Shown: one piece after another, positions 51,102 through 59,841 of the stretch
How the letters are laid out: each line of letters starts with the position of its first letter
Numbering within the stretch: position 1 is the first letter of the stretch
Source: a virus
Direction: 5' to 3' (one strand)
Length of the DNA: 64,000 nucleotides
IMG/VR virus record: IMGVR_UViG_3300030107_002093
Coordinates: 38,726-102,725 of that record
Notes under the pieces: generated by a model
Database searches by the model: none
Told to the model about the DNA's origin: nothing
Seen by the model: only the letters and a program-made list of their open reading frames with translations
Made by a program: the position numbers and the translations under genes

Positions 51102-51415
51102 TTGTTATATTTTGGTAGTTGTTTGCTTGCGAACTCAATCGTTGTCTCCACTGGATTCTCATTGAACTCCTCAAGTCTTTCCTTCACTTCATCGATTGTC
51201 TCACCACGAAGTGCGTCCTTTATTTCGTCACCCCACAATGTGAGCAACGACCAGCCATATGCCGGAATCAATAGTTGCATTGCCATCTGCTCTCCAAGGA
51301 ATTCTTGAATCACATACCACGTTGCAACCATTGAAGTCAATAGAGTGGAAGTTAATCCACTCGCTACTAATTTAATTATCATATTATTCATTTTATTCAT
51401 CTCTTTATTATACAT
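51098..51415 (-). CDS. Membrane protein
   Basis: Two hydrophobic segments. Confidence 0.5.
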   Translation of the reverse strand: MYNKEMNKMNNMIIKLVASGLTSTLLTSMVATWYVIQEFLGEQMAMQLLIPAYGWSLLTLWGDEIKDALRGETIDEVKERLEEFNENPVETTIEFASKQLPKYNK

Positions 51416-51715
51416 TTATTTTAATCTCTTTTTTTGTAGGAAGGTGACACGTTCCTTGTGACCACAATTTTCGGTCACGGGTGACCCCTGTGAAATTTCA
51501 CGGGTGAAACGCCTCGCGCTTCCTCATCCTTTATTCTAGGTTATCTATTTCTAATCCAGACACAATTCCGTGAGGAAAATAGTCTAGAAAAAAATCGCTA
51601 TTTGTTGGGGAATCAGGTTCGTGCTGACAGAAGAGAAAGAACTGGCACTATTCCAGAAATGTGTGAACATTGCATAACCTTTTCCTGATATTATTTGGCA
51701 AACCCCGTGTTATCA

Positions 51716-52216
51716 CTAACTATCGTCCATTGGATAGATAGTCCGTGAGTGGTAATGTGCGTCATCTTTGGGTGCGTCTGAGAGTCTCTCTGTTGGACAC
51801 ATCTCATACACAACCTCAACCTTCTTCTTATTGGACTTTGGGTCTACAGTTGTCCATGTTATCTGCTTCGGTTTATCGTCTAAGAACTTAGCAAGTTCAA
51901 TAGCGATATTCCCGTTATCCTTCTCGTCCTCAAATGACGCGACTTCCTCTCCGTCTACTCTGACGGAAAAGTGTGAGTCGTAGAGCGGATGCTTCTTCAT
52001 TACACCACCAAGTCCCATTGCGACTGTGCCATTCTCAAGCATCCACTTCATGTCTGCGATGTTACTAGGTTCCCTGTTCCATACAGGTTGCACCTTCTCC
52101 ATCGCATCGATAGCACATCTAAGTGCTTGGCCTAGTATATACTGGCCCCTGAAACTATTGATGAACTCAATAGCATCGCTTTCTAAAAATAAATCATCTT
52201 CTAAATCCATTATCAA
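51716..52216 (-). CDS. Hypothetical protein
   Basis: 166 aa ORF. Confidence 0.55.
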   Translation of the reverse strand: MIMDLEDDLFLESDAIEFINSFRGQYILGQALRCAIDAMEKVQPVWNREPSNIADMKWMLENGTVAMGLGGVMKKHPLYDSHFSVRVDGEEVASFEDEKDNGNIAIELAKFLDDKPKQITWTTVDPKSNKKKVEVVYEMCPTERLSDAPKDDAHYHSRTIYPMDDS

Positions 52217-52415
52217 TCACCCCTGAATCTTTAACATTCTCTTCCATAAATTTCGTCAAATGTTGGATATTTATCGATGTTCTCTCAAGGATATAGGCCT
52301 TAACCTTGTGCCATCCCTTGAGTTCTTCATACATATCTTCAATATCCATAATGTTCTGCAAGGTAAATTTCTCCAACTTTCTGAGTTTTTCTTTCAATTC
52401 TTCAACGTTGTCCAT
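52194..52415 (-). CDS. Hypothetical protein
   Basis: RBS plus ORF. Confidence 0.5.
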   Translation of the reverse strand: MDNVEELKEKLRKLEKFTLQNIMDIEDMYEELKGWHKVKAYILERTSINIQHLTKFMEENVKDSGVIDNGFRR

Positions 52416-52646
52416 TCACTCTTCCTCCTCTATTACTTCCATCACTTCATTCGCTTCCATGAAGAATCCCTGATTCACAAGGTTCCCCATTACTTTCTTC
52501 ATAGTATTCATCCTATCATCCAACCCCTTGAGTCGGTTGATAATCTGCCAATACTCAGCCAATGACATAACCATGAGAACTTCATCCTCATCATATTCGT
52601 CAAAGGCTCCACCATTTCTTACTGCTATTCCTGTCATATTAATCAC
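52416..52646 (-). CDS. Hypothetical protein
   Basis: ORF ending in EEEE with coupled RBS. Confidence 0.5.
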   Translation of the reverse strand: MINMTGIAVRNGGAFDEYDEDEVLMVMSLAEYWQIINRLKGLDDRMNTMKKVMGNLVNQGFFMEANEVMEVIEEEE

Positions 52647-52699
52647 TTATTTTATTTTACAGAGAAACAAACGTTCTATGCCGATGTGTAACGAGGGGA

Positions 52700-53022
52700 A
52701 CGAATCCCTATGACTCGGTGCGAAAGGGAATGATTACCCCTTCTGATTCACTAATACCTTTCACCAACCGCACATAACCTGCATTCCCTTTCGGGGTTTA
52801 TAGCGCAATGCCCAGCGGCTTACCTAACCGCCAGATGTGTTCTCAATCGTTAAGTGTTATCAGATTACCTCCGATTCATTAACGTCTTGGGTTGAACTCT
52901 ATCTCTTCTTGTTTTTTACTTTACCAAACTCTGTTTTAACAGACTACTTGTGTAGTAATGACTTCCCCCGCTAAGGTTTATCGCCACTCTAGTCAATCAC
53001 GTTTTCATCTGAGTCGCACCGA
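52700..53022 (-). ncRNA. Candidate structured non-coding RNA
   Basis: No convincing ORF; perfect 12-bp and 9-bp long-range inverted repeats; strand inferred from flanking genes. Confidence 0.35.
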
Positions 53023-53026
53023 AGTG

Positions 53027-53488
53027 CTAGTCCTGTCTCCCTTGAGAGACTAGGAGTAATACGAGATACCCAATCAAATCCTTGATGATATCATCGTCAC
53101 TCTCCATTGAATCATTACCCAACATTAGGCGATTCAACTTGTCGTCAATTCTGACCTTGATTTGCTCGTCCGTAGATGCCTTGGAGAAGATACGATTGGG
53201 ACTCAAAGCCGAGTCTCCATACTGCTCATTCTTCGCCAATAACAACTTCTTGACTTCCTCTAATACTGCTTCTATTTCTTCCTGACTATTTGCCATTTTC
53301 TTCCACTTCCTACTGCTCTTCGCTAATCCCTCAAATGGGTTGTCACCCACATGAGCCTTGTTCCCTAGAGTGCTTAGATACTTACTAGGGACATACTCCT
53401 CAAGATGGTTGTCCTTCGCCATCTCATGATATTCGTCAATTGTCTTCTTCACATCTTTTTCTACTTTCTTCCATGCCATGTTTCTCAC
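53027..53488 (-). CDS. DUF1599 / nucleotide-modification-associated domain 1-like protein
   Basis: KNEQYGDS...RIDDKLNRL...D...DLIGY. Confidence 0.65.
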   Translation of the reverse strand: MRNMAWKKVEKDVKKTIDEYHEMAKDNHLEEYVPSKYLSTLGNKAHVGDNPFEGLAKSSRKWKKMANSQEEIEAVLEEVKKLLLAKNEQYGDSALSPNRIFSKASTDEQIKVRIDDKLNRLMLGNDSMESDDDIIKDLIGYLVLLLVSQGRQD

Positions 53489-53594
53489 ACCTTTCTCATC
53501 GAATGAGAGATATTATTCTTCCCCTCTCCGCCATCCAGTCCTCCGATTTCCAACTGACGTTTCTCATTTCTCACGTTTATCATGCCCGCTAGGG

Positions 53595-53645
<51 letters not shown>

Positions 53646-54050
53646 GATAATAATGATAAATGATAAACATAAGAAATACTATCCATTCTCTTAGGGCTAC
53701 CCCCAAAAAGAAGTTTATCATACAAATGAGAAACGTGAGAAGCATCTCTGTCAGTTCATATACTCCTGACTAGGGCTACTCATACTTGATATTCTATAGT
53801 AGTATATCATTGATTATTCTATATATTATATTATATTAATATGCATACCAGATAGAGAGGGAGAGAAAAGTCTCTCTATACTGGTAGCAATTAATTTACA
53901 CAGGTGAGTATTATCAGTTAAGTATACAATTAGAATAAGACACACTTTCCGAGTGTCTCAGATTCTCAAAAGTAGTCACCCTCAAACCCTTTTAAAGACG
54001 CCCTCCGCTAAACTGCACCTCCGACTGAATAGTCCTAATGCGAAGATACT

Positions 54051-54090
54051 ACCATATGGTAAGGGACACTTTGAGGACACACCTCATAAG
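54051..54090 (+). promoter_or_regulatory. Palindromic element copy 1 plus CCTCATAAG box
   Basis: ACCATATGGT-N7-ACTTTG, left arm degenerate; CCTCATAAG at 54082. Confidence 0.65.
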
Positions 54091-54149
54091 ACTTCCAACC
54101 CCCATACTATTGTCTCGGAGGAGGCACAACCAACACAGGAGAGAATGAT

Positions 54150-54614
54150 ATGGCAGAAATGAAGAATTGGAATGAGTTCAGCACAACCGTGAACAGTTTC
54201 TTGGATGGAGGGTCAGTCGACAAGATGACTGCCTCGACTTGCAGGACACTGCTCGGAAAAGGAGACAACAACGTAACGGCACAGACAAAGGTGTCCTCGG
54301 CAATAAAGACCATGCTAGAGGACTTCGATGGCGCACCAGTCGGTAGGGCATCCGCTCTAACTGGCGATGCGCTAACTTCCTTTGTGGGTGCAAGCAAGGA
54401 GATTGAGGCAATTGCTTCCGTCTTCGATGCTCACCCCTCAATCAGGGGCCTTATCCTTCCACACGGAAGGAGCAAGGAAGCCGTCTTTGATGACGGTAAC
54501 GCATGGGTGGCTTTCATAGTCGCACAGATGCGCCGAAACGCTATCTCAGCAAGCAAGGCTGGCTGGGATGGTTCACCGGACACTCTAGTGTCCTTCCTTC
54601 AGGAGGGAAACTGA
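54150..54614 (+). CDS. Hypothetical early-type protein, paralogue of 56745-57269
   Basis: CAGGAGAG RBS; shared MAEM..W, SAI+T..D..P and WDGS..LV motifs. Confidence 0.7.
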   Translation: MAEMKNWNEFSTTVNSFLDGGSVDKMTASTCRTLLGKGDNNVTAQTKVSSAIKTMLEDFDGAPVGRASALTGDALTSFVGASKEIEAIASVFDAHPSIRGLILPHGRSKEAVFDDGNAWVAFIVAQMRRNAISASKAGWDGSPDTLVSFLQEGN

Positions 54615-54654
54615 GTCGGTGATGTTGTCTCCTCCAGACACATCAAGGTTCCCA

Positions 54655-54704
54655 CAAAGTTCCGAACCATATGGTATGATACTTTGCTCAGCATACCTCA
54701 TAAG
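54655..54704 (+). promoter_or_regulatory. Palindromic element copy 2 plus CCTCATAAG box
   Basis: CAAAGT-N5-ACCATATGGT-N5-ACTTTG; box ends 22 nt before ATG 54726. Confidence 0.7.
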
Positions 54705-54725
54705 TCTGCAAGGGTAACTACTACC

Positions 54726-55454
54726 ATGTTGACATATGTAAGAACATACGAGATAACCTACGACAGAACGACAAGTGAGAAGATGCCACAATTGAACACT
54801 AAACTGTTCACCAGTGGTGTCAGAACATGCAACAAATACAGTAGCGATTTGGATGACCACCACTACGGAATGCAAGAATACGAGGATAGGGAAACATCCT
54901 ACATGATTGACATGATGGGTAAGATTGGTGTCATGGATTTCATGTATAGGAGCGATGCCCAGAAAGCAGAGGAGCAACTACAGAAGGCATTCCCATACGA
55001 GGATATTCACATGTATGAGGAATCGAAGGTCAAGAGTGGTGAGAAAGAGAAGGGGCCAAGAGGAGAATACCTAATTCACACTGATTACGACTACTGCCTC
55101 AAATACTACAACCCACATCAGACAGTTGATGAGAATGTGAAGGTAGTTGCCACACTACACACCACCTACAATGAGACAAAACTCAAATTCGTCATCACAT
55201 GGCAATCAGAGAAGGTCGCAAGGAAGGCTAAGATTGAGCAGAAGTGCGTAGATGCCCCACTAGCAATAATGGGGAAGATACAACACGTTGTTGAGAAGTC
55301 TTTGAGGGAACTCAATGATTGGGAAACCGAAGTTTTCGACAATGCGGAGATTGGTTGCCACTTCGATGTCATCAGTGAGAGCAGAAGTGAATGCACTCCT
55401 GATATTATCGAGAGAGTTAGAGCCGAGAAGAGGAAGAACGAGGAGGAAGAGTGA
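54726..55454 (+). CDS. Hypothetical protein
   Basis: ATG 54726 preferred on promoter spacing over TTG 54684. Confidence 0.65.
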   Translation: MLTYVRTYEITYDRTTSEKMPQLNTKLFTSGVRTCNKYSSDLDDHHYGMQEYEDRETSYMIDMMGKIGVMDFMYRSDAQKAEEQLQKAFPYEDIHMYEESKVKSGEKEKGPRGEYLIHTDYDYCLKYYNPHQTVDENVKVVATLHTTYNETKLKFVITWQSEKVARKAKIEQKCVDAPLAIMGKIQHVVEKSLRELNDWETEVFDNAEIGCHFDVISESRSECTPDIIERVRAEKRKNEEEE

Positions 55455-55660
55455 ATATGACAGATTACACAGTGAAGAATGGAGCAGTAGTAAGAGAAGA
55501 TGTGAAACCATACAAGTATGAACTGGAAGTTGGACACTCCAAGAGTGGTTCAGACCATGTTATCGTCATCAAGAGTCTAAGGGTTCGTGGCGATGACTTG
55601 GCTGAGTCACTTGCTGAGTTGAAAGCCGCTCTACGAGCATTCAGGGAGATGAATCTCTGA
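55451..55660 (+). CDS. Hypothetical protein
   Basis: GAGGAGG RBS, coupled. Confidence 0.55.
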   Translation: MNMTDYTVKNGAVVREDVKPYKYELEVGHSKSGSDHVIVIKSLRVRGDDLAESLAELKAALRAFREMNL

Positions 55661-56007
55661 TGCCATTGATAGTTGGAATAGTAAACGGCCCTGACAAGGG
55701 GTTCTCTAGTGAGGAGATTAGTTTCATCAACAGTTTCGGCATAGGTGTCTTAGCGATGGCGGCTTGTGTGGGTAGAGTAGATGACCCACAGAAGTTCCAT
55801 GATAGGATACAAATGACTAATCTCGTTACGGGAATATTCAACTTCCTACCTAGTTGGTTCACCGTTGAGTTCTGTGGCAGACTACAAGCCGCAGATTGGT
55901 CAGCCAACGTTACCACAGAGTCACATACGATGTGGAAGAACCGTATGAAGCAACGACTGTGGGATGATATCAAGAGAGACTACGCAAAGAGTTGTGAGGA
56001 GGAGTGA
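55660..56007 (+). CDS. Hypothetical protein
   Basis: TGATG coupling. Confidence 0.6.
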   Translation: MPLIVGIVNGPDKGFSSEEISFINSFGIGVLAMAACVGRVDDPQKFHDRIQMTNLVTGIFNFLPSWFTVEFCGRLQAADWSANVTTESHTMWKNRMKQRLWDDIKRDYAKSCEEE

Positions 56008-56136
56008 TTACAAGTTGGCGAGGCTACATAAACAGGTGGTAGCCCAAAACCGTAACCGATATGCACAGAGCAATCTGATAATACATAGAGCATTAAGAAG
56101 TCGGGTAAGCCAACACACCCTTCAGGGTATGGGCGA

Positions 56137-56168
56137 CAAAGTGCCATACCATATGGTGGTAAACTTTG
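56137..56168. promoter_or_regulatory. Palindromic element copy 3
   Basis: CAAAGT-N5-ACCATATGGT-N5-ACTTTG; no CCTCATA box follows. Confidence 0.6.
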
Positions 56169-56242
56169 TGGACACCTTGTTCAATTGTGCTGGAACCGTC
56201 AAGGAGGAGAGGAGAGCATCGTTGCAAGTTGCTAAGTCTTAG

Positions 56243-56635
56243 TTCCGACTCATGGCTAGGGGTGTATTCCGGATTCACCCTAGTCTGATTGCGCACTTCT
56301 CAGTCTACAGAGCATTCGTCTTGCTAGTCTCTTGGCACTCCTATCAGTTCCAGTGGAATTGAAGGTGGTAGAGTGGATTGGTTTCCCAGAGCCACTAATC
56401 CGCATGGGCGCAAGGTTCACAGTTTTGTAATTGCAAATCTTAACCCGCTGATACCGCGTAACCTATCAGGAGTAATCCCGACTTTCAACGGCTCCTATCT
56501 CTAGGTGCGATTGCCCCACTACAGGGAGGTTGCGTGCCTTTGACCCCTTGCGAAGGTCACATTCAGCCACTACCGTGTCCCTCCGGCCAAGGGGGACAAT
56601 AGTATGGTAGCCAGCACATCTTATGAGGTGTCATT
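56243..56635 (+). ncRNA. Candidate structured non-coding RNA
   Basis: ~390 nt without a convincing ORF, containing several hairpins; lies between element copies 3 and 4. Confidence 0.4.
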
Positions 56636-56636
56636 A

Positions 56637-56688
56637 CAAAGTTATGCTTACCATATGGTAGGATACTTTGTCAACATACCCTCATAAG
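56637..56688 (+). promoter_or_regulatory. Palindromic element copy 4 plus CCTCATAAG box
   Basis: CAAAGT-N7-ACCATATGGT-N5-ACTTTG; box at 56680. Confidence 0.7.
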
Positions 56689-56744
56689 GGTGGTTTGTCA
56701 GTAATAGTTGTCCCGAAAGACACACTCTAACAGGAGAGAGACAC

Positions 56745-57269
56745 ATGGCAGAAATGACAGATGACAAATGGAATGCAATAAAGACGAAGATTGAACTGTG
56801 GTTTACTAACCACGAAGATTGGGAGGATACGCACCTTGAGTTGCTATCAGTTCCCAATCTGGTGAAGGCTGGCGATGCAAAGCCAAGCAAGAGGACTGCA
56901 CTATACAGTGCAATCCGAACATGCTTCTCGGACATACCCGACAAACCTTTCACTACCGGAAAGAAGAGCGCAATGCCTGACGAAACTCAGTCATTCCGTG
57001 ACGGAGAACTCGCTACTATCAAGAAGGCTCTAGAGTCTTGCTTCGATGATTGTGAGCAGATGTCAAGGTATCTAGTGCGCAACAAGAGAAGTGGCGGCGG
57101 TCTATTCACCGATGGTGCGGATTTCGCACAGACTATGGTTGACGCGGCAAGACTTCGTATGAATGCGGCATTCAATGCTCACCTAAAGAGTGACGACAAA
57201 GCCGATTATATCTGGGACGGTTCCGACAAGGGACTTGTATGCCAGATTCCTCCCAAGGAGGACAATTGA
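56745..57269 (+). CDS. Hypothetical early-type protein, paralogue of 54150-54614
   Basis: CAGGAGAG RBS and shared motifs. Confidence 0.7.
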   Translation: MAEMTDDKWNAIKTKIELWFTNHEDWEDTHLELLSVPNLVKAGDAKPSKRTALYSAIRTCFSDIPDKPFTTGKKSAMPDETQSFRDGELATIKKALESCFDDCEQMSRYLVRNKRSGGGLFTDGADFAQTMVDAARLRMNAAFNAHLKSDDKADYIWDGSDKGLVCQIPPKEDN

Positions 57270-57417
57270 GTAAGTGACCTTTCGGGACACACACATTCGA
57301 TAAAGAGGTAAGGATTCAGGGTATACCACTTGAGGAATCCAGTAAACTAGTGACAAGACCTCATGCACCCAACGGGGTGCGAGGTTAACCCACCACTAAC
57401 CCCTCTATAGGGTAGCC

Positions 57418-57466
57418 CAAAGTGCAACCATATGGTAAGGATACTTTGAATCACGCACCTCATAGG
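57418..57466 (+). promoter_or_regulatory. Palindromic element copy 5 plus CCTCATAGG box
   Basis: CAAAGT-N3-ACCATATGGT-N6-ACTTTG; box ends 22 nt before ATG 57488. Confidence 0.7.
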
Positions 57467-57487
57467 TGAGACTGTCTGGCATATATC

Positions 57488-57733
57488 ATGAAGAACGTGG
57501 CATTTCAGAGGAGACACTTCAACTGGATGGTTGGATTAATGGTAGAAATGGACTTGTCGGAGGAGCAAACCGATTGGATGATAATGAGACTATCGGAGAC
57601 TAACGACAATTTCAATGAGAGGACATTCAGACTCAGTTTGATGAGAGAATTGAATGCGAGAGAGACAACTAGTCTATTCTCAAGCCCCTTAACATACAAA
57701 GGGTTAGGATTGAGGACAAAGGAGGAAGAATAA
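57488..57733 (+). CDS. Hypothetical protein
   Basis: Follows element copy 5. Confidence 0.6.
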   Translation: MKNVAFQRRHFNWMVGLMVEMDLSEEQTDWMIMRLSETNDNFNERTFRLSLMRELNARETTSLFSSPLTYKGLGLRTKEEE

Positions 57734-57933
57734 TGGGAAGATTTACGACATACTACGACCACTATAACATCAAGTGCGATTTATCCACAATGTGCGGGTG
57801 TGAACTATGCTGTGGGGAGGCATACATTGACACAAGCGGAAACGTGGTTTATCTTGATGAAGAGGACTTTACTGGTGACTACCTCACACCAGAAGACATC
57901 AAGAGGATTGAGGCAAAGAAGGAGGAAGAATAA
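57733..57933 (+). CDS. Small Cys-rich protein
   Basis: GGAGG RBS, TAATG coupling. Confidence 0.6.
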   Translation: MGRFTTYYDHYNIKCDLSTMCGCELCCGEAYIDTSGNVVYLDEEDFTGDYLTPEDIKRIEAKKEEE

Positions 57934-58133
57934 TGGGAACAAGTTGGAACAAGAGACACGCGACAACCATCATCGGGGTTAACGGTGACGCTATCGACAG
58001 AAGCGGAATGCAAAAGGCCCACTGGCGAAGGTATGACCTATGGAAGCAACGCTTCCTAGACAAGCGAACCAAGAAGTGGGACGAGAGACTCATCAAGGAG
58101 TGGTTGAAGCCACTTGTTGACGAGGAGGAGTGA
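57933..58133 (+). CDS. Small basic Trp-rich protein
   Basis: GGAGG RBS, TAATG coupling. Confidence 0.6.
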   Translation: MGTSWNKRHATTIIGVNGDAIDRSGMQKAHWRRYDLWKQRFLDKRTKKWDERLIKEWLKPLVDEEE

Positions 58134-58153
58134 CGACCTCAACGGGGTTTCCA

Positions 58154-58178
58154 CAAAGTTCACAACCATATGGCTTTG
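58154..58178. promoter_or_regulatory. Palindromic element copy 6, right half collapsed
   Basis: CAAAGT-N5-ACCATATGG-CTTTG. Confidence 0.55.
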
Positions 58179-58457
58179 CAATGTGAAATTTTTTTTCCTT
58201 GATTAATGCAGACTGCATTCAAACTGGAAAAATTTCGCCTTTCATACAATAATATAATGTGATTTATAGTTATCCGCTATGATAATTAGACGGAGGAATA
58301 AGCACAGATAAAAACAATTGGAATAAAATGTTATTACATTCTTATTCTGGGAATAGAACAAATTGATGAAAAAAAAAATCGCAAGTGCCAAACAAATTCC
58401 GGGTATTTTTTTGAAAAAGAGTGGTAAAATATGTTTAACCAAGGAGTTGTATTCTAG

Positions 58458-58658
58458 ATGGATTGGCAGAAGAAGTTGAAAACTGAGAAACAGGGCAAGG
58501 AGTGGCTTGACTATGAGTCCGATAAGCCAAAGTTGGGGAAATGCAAGGTTGCGTTATGTGTTGCTAGGGATTGTATGCACAATGAGGGCGGAAATTGCAC
58601 TTTGGACAGTATTACCGTCAATGCGAAGGGCGGATGTAGCCAATATTCCGAAAAATAG
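58458..58658 (+). CDS. Small Cys-rich protein (DUF1540-like) with W-x-x-x-LK tag
   Basis: MDWQKKLK; C....C.HN....C....I.V....C..Y. Confidence 0.55.
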   Translation: MDWQKKLKTEKQGKEWLDYESDKPKLGKCKVALCVARDCMHNEGGNCTLDSITVNAKGGCSQYSEK

Positions 58659-58666
58659 GTGGGAAT

Positions 58667-59368
58667 ATGGCAGATTGGACGGAAATTCTCAAGAAACCGC
58701 TAATTTCCATCCCAAAACAGAAGATTCGGATTAAAAAGCCGAAGAAAATAGAGCAAGAGGACGATTGTAAGAGGAAATTGAAGGAAATCGCCCAGAGAGT
58801 GCTAAATGCTCCATTATTTGACAAGGAATTCAAACTTAACGGTTCAGAGTGGACATCAGAACGTGTTAGAACGGAGGAATTACCAGATGCAGCCTCATAT
58901 AGCATTGCTGATGGTAGACATGGGGGGAAACTGAAGGTGGGAACATGGCTTCCAGAAGAATTGCGCGGAAATGCGACTAATGGTGCAATAGGCTATCTTC
59001 GTGGGGCAGGTTCCGATGCTGATATCAATGAGTTGCCAGAAAAGATATGTTGTGAGGCGTTGAAGCATCTGAAGGCGGTTTCTAATGGAGAGGTTCTTTC
59101 TGAGCAAACACTCGTTGGATGGACAGTTGGCTCGCGTGTTAAACTAGAGACATATGGGAGAAACCCTACAGTCCATCTGTGGAATAGGGAGGTCTACATC
59201 AAGAATGCACAAGGCCCGACACCTCAACTGTCGATTGGTATTTCTCTGAAGTTTTTCATCCCAACTCCCTTCGGTGGTCGAACAAGAGATGTAGAGACTG
59301 CTAACTTGAGAGAAGTCACTAGGGTCTTCAAGGAATGTGACAGGATGTTCAAGGAGGCGGTAGGTTGA
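58667..59368 (+). CDS. Tandem paralogue family member 1
   Basis: MADWTEILKKPLISIPKQKIRIKKPKKIE..DDC; LPEKICCEAL. Confidence 0.7.
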   Translation: MADWTEILKKPLISIPKQKIRIKKPKKIEQEDDCKRKLKEIAQRVLNAPLFDKEFKLNGSEWTSERVRTEELPDAASYSIADGRHGGKLKVGTWLPEELRGNATNGAIGYLRGAGSDADINELPEKICCEALKHLKAVSNGEVLSEQTLVGWTVGSRVKLETYGRNPTVHLWNREVYIKNAQGPTPQLSIGISLKFFIPTPFGGRTRDVETANLREVTRVFKECDRMFKEAVG

Positions 59369-59841
59369 GTTGGTTTGACATTATCAAGGAGCCTTTGATA
59401 TCTATTCCCAAAGGCAGTGTTAGAATCAAGAAGCCTAAGAAGATTGAGACTAATGATAAATGTCTACCGAAAGTCAAGAAGTTCCTTTGGGATGTCTTTC
59501 CTATTATTGCAAATGAGTCAGATTTCACAATATTGTTTGAAAAAGATGGTGGTCATTGCTATGTGCAGGATTTCAATATATCAGAAGAGTATGCATGTAA
59601 AATTCTACAAGCCATGTCCATGAACAGTCCTCCGAGGGGATTTATGATAAGTTGGGCCGAAGGAAATGTGGCGTATCTCGATAGTAATTTGACCGATGAT
59701 GAATTACGCTTTCACGATATGCCTTTGATGAAGATAACCAATCCACCATATAACTGTGAAATAAATTATGTGGGAGCAAAACCGTTAACCTCAGAAAGAT
59801 GGTCAGAGATATTGGATAAAATTAAGGATGTGTTTCCATGA
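59365..59841 (+). CDS. Tandem paralogue family member 2
   Basis: MSWFDIIKEPLISIPK..RIKKPKKIE..DKC; ISEEYACKIL. Confidence 0.7.
   Translation: MSWFDIIKEPLISIPKGSVRIKKPKKIETNDKCLPKVKKFLWDVFPIIANESDFTILFEKDGGHCYVQDFNISEEYACKILQAMSMNSPPRGFMISWAEGNVAYLDSNLTDDELRFHDMPLMKITNPPYNCEINYVGAKPLTSERWSEILDKIKDVFP

Noticed and set aside
21591-53285. Plus-strand ORFs opposite the replication operon
   Set aside because: Antisense shadows of well-supported - strand genes
55964-56242. 92 aa ORF
   Set aside because: Overlaps the upstream gene by 44 nt, lacks a clear RBS and contains palindromic element copy 3; a shorter peptide cannot be excluded
54051-58178. Palindromic repeats as a CRISPR array
   Set aside because: Spacing is 500-1500 nt with whole genes in between, and the repeats vary internally
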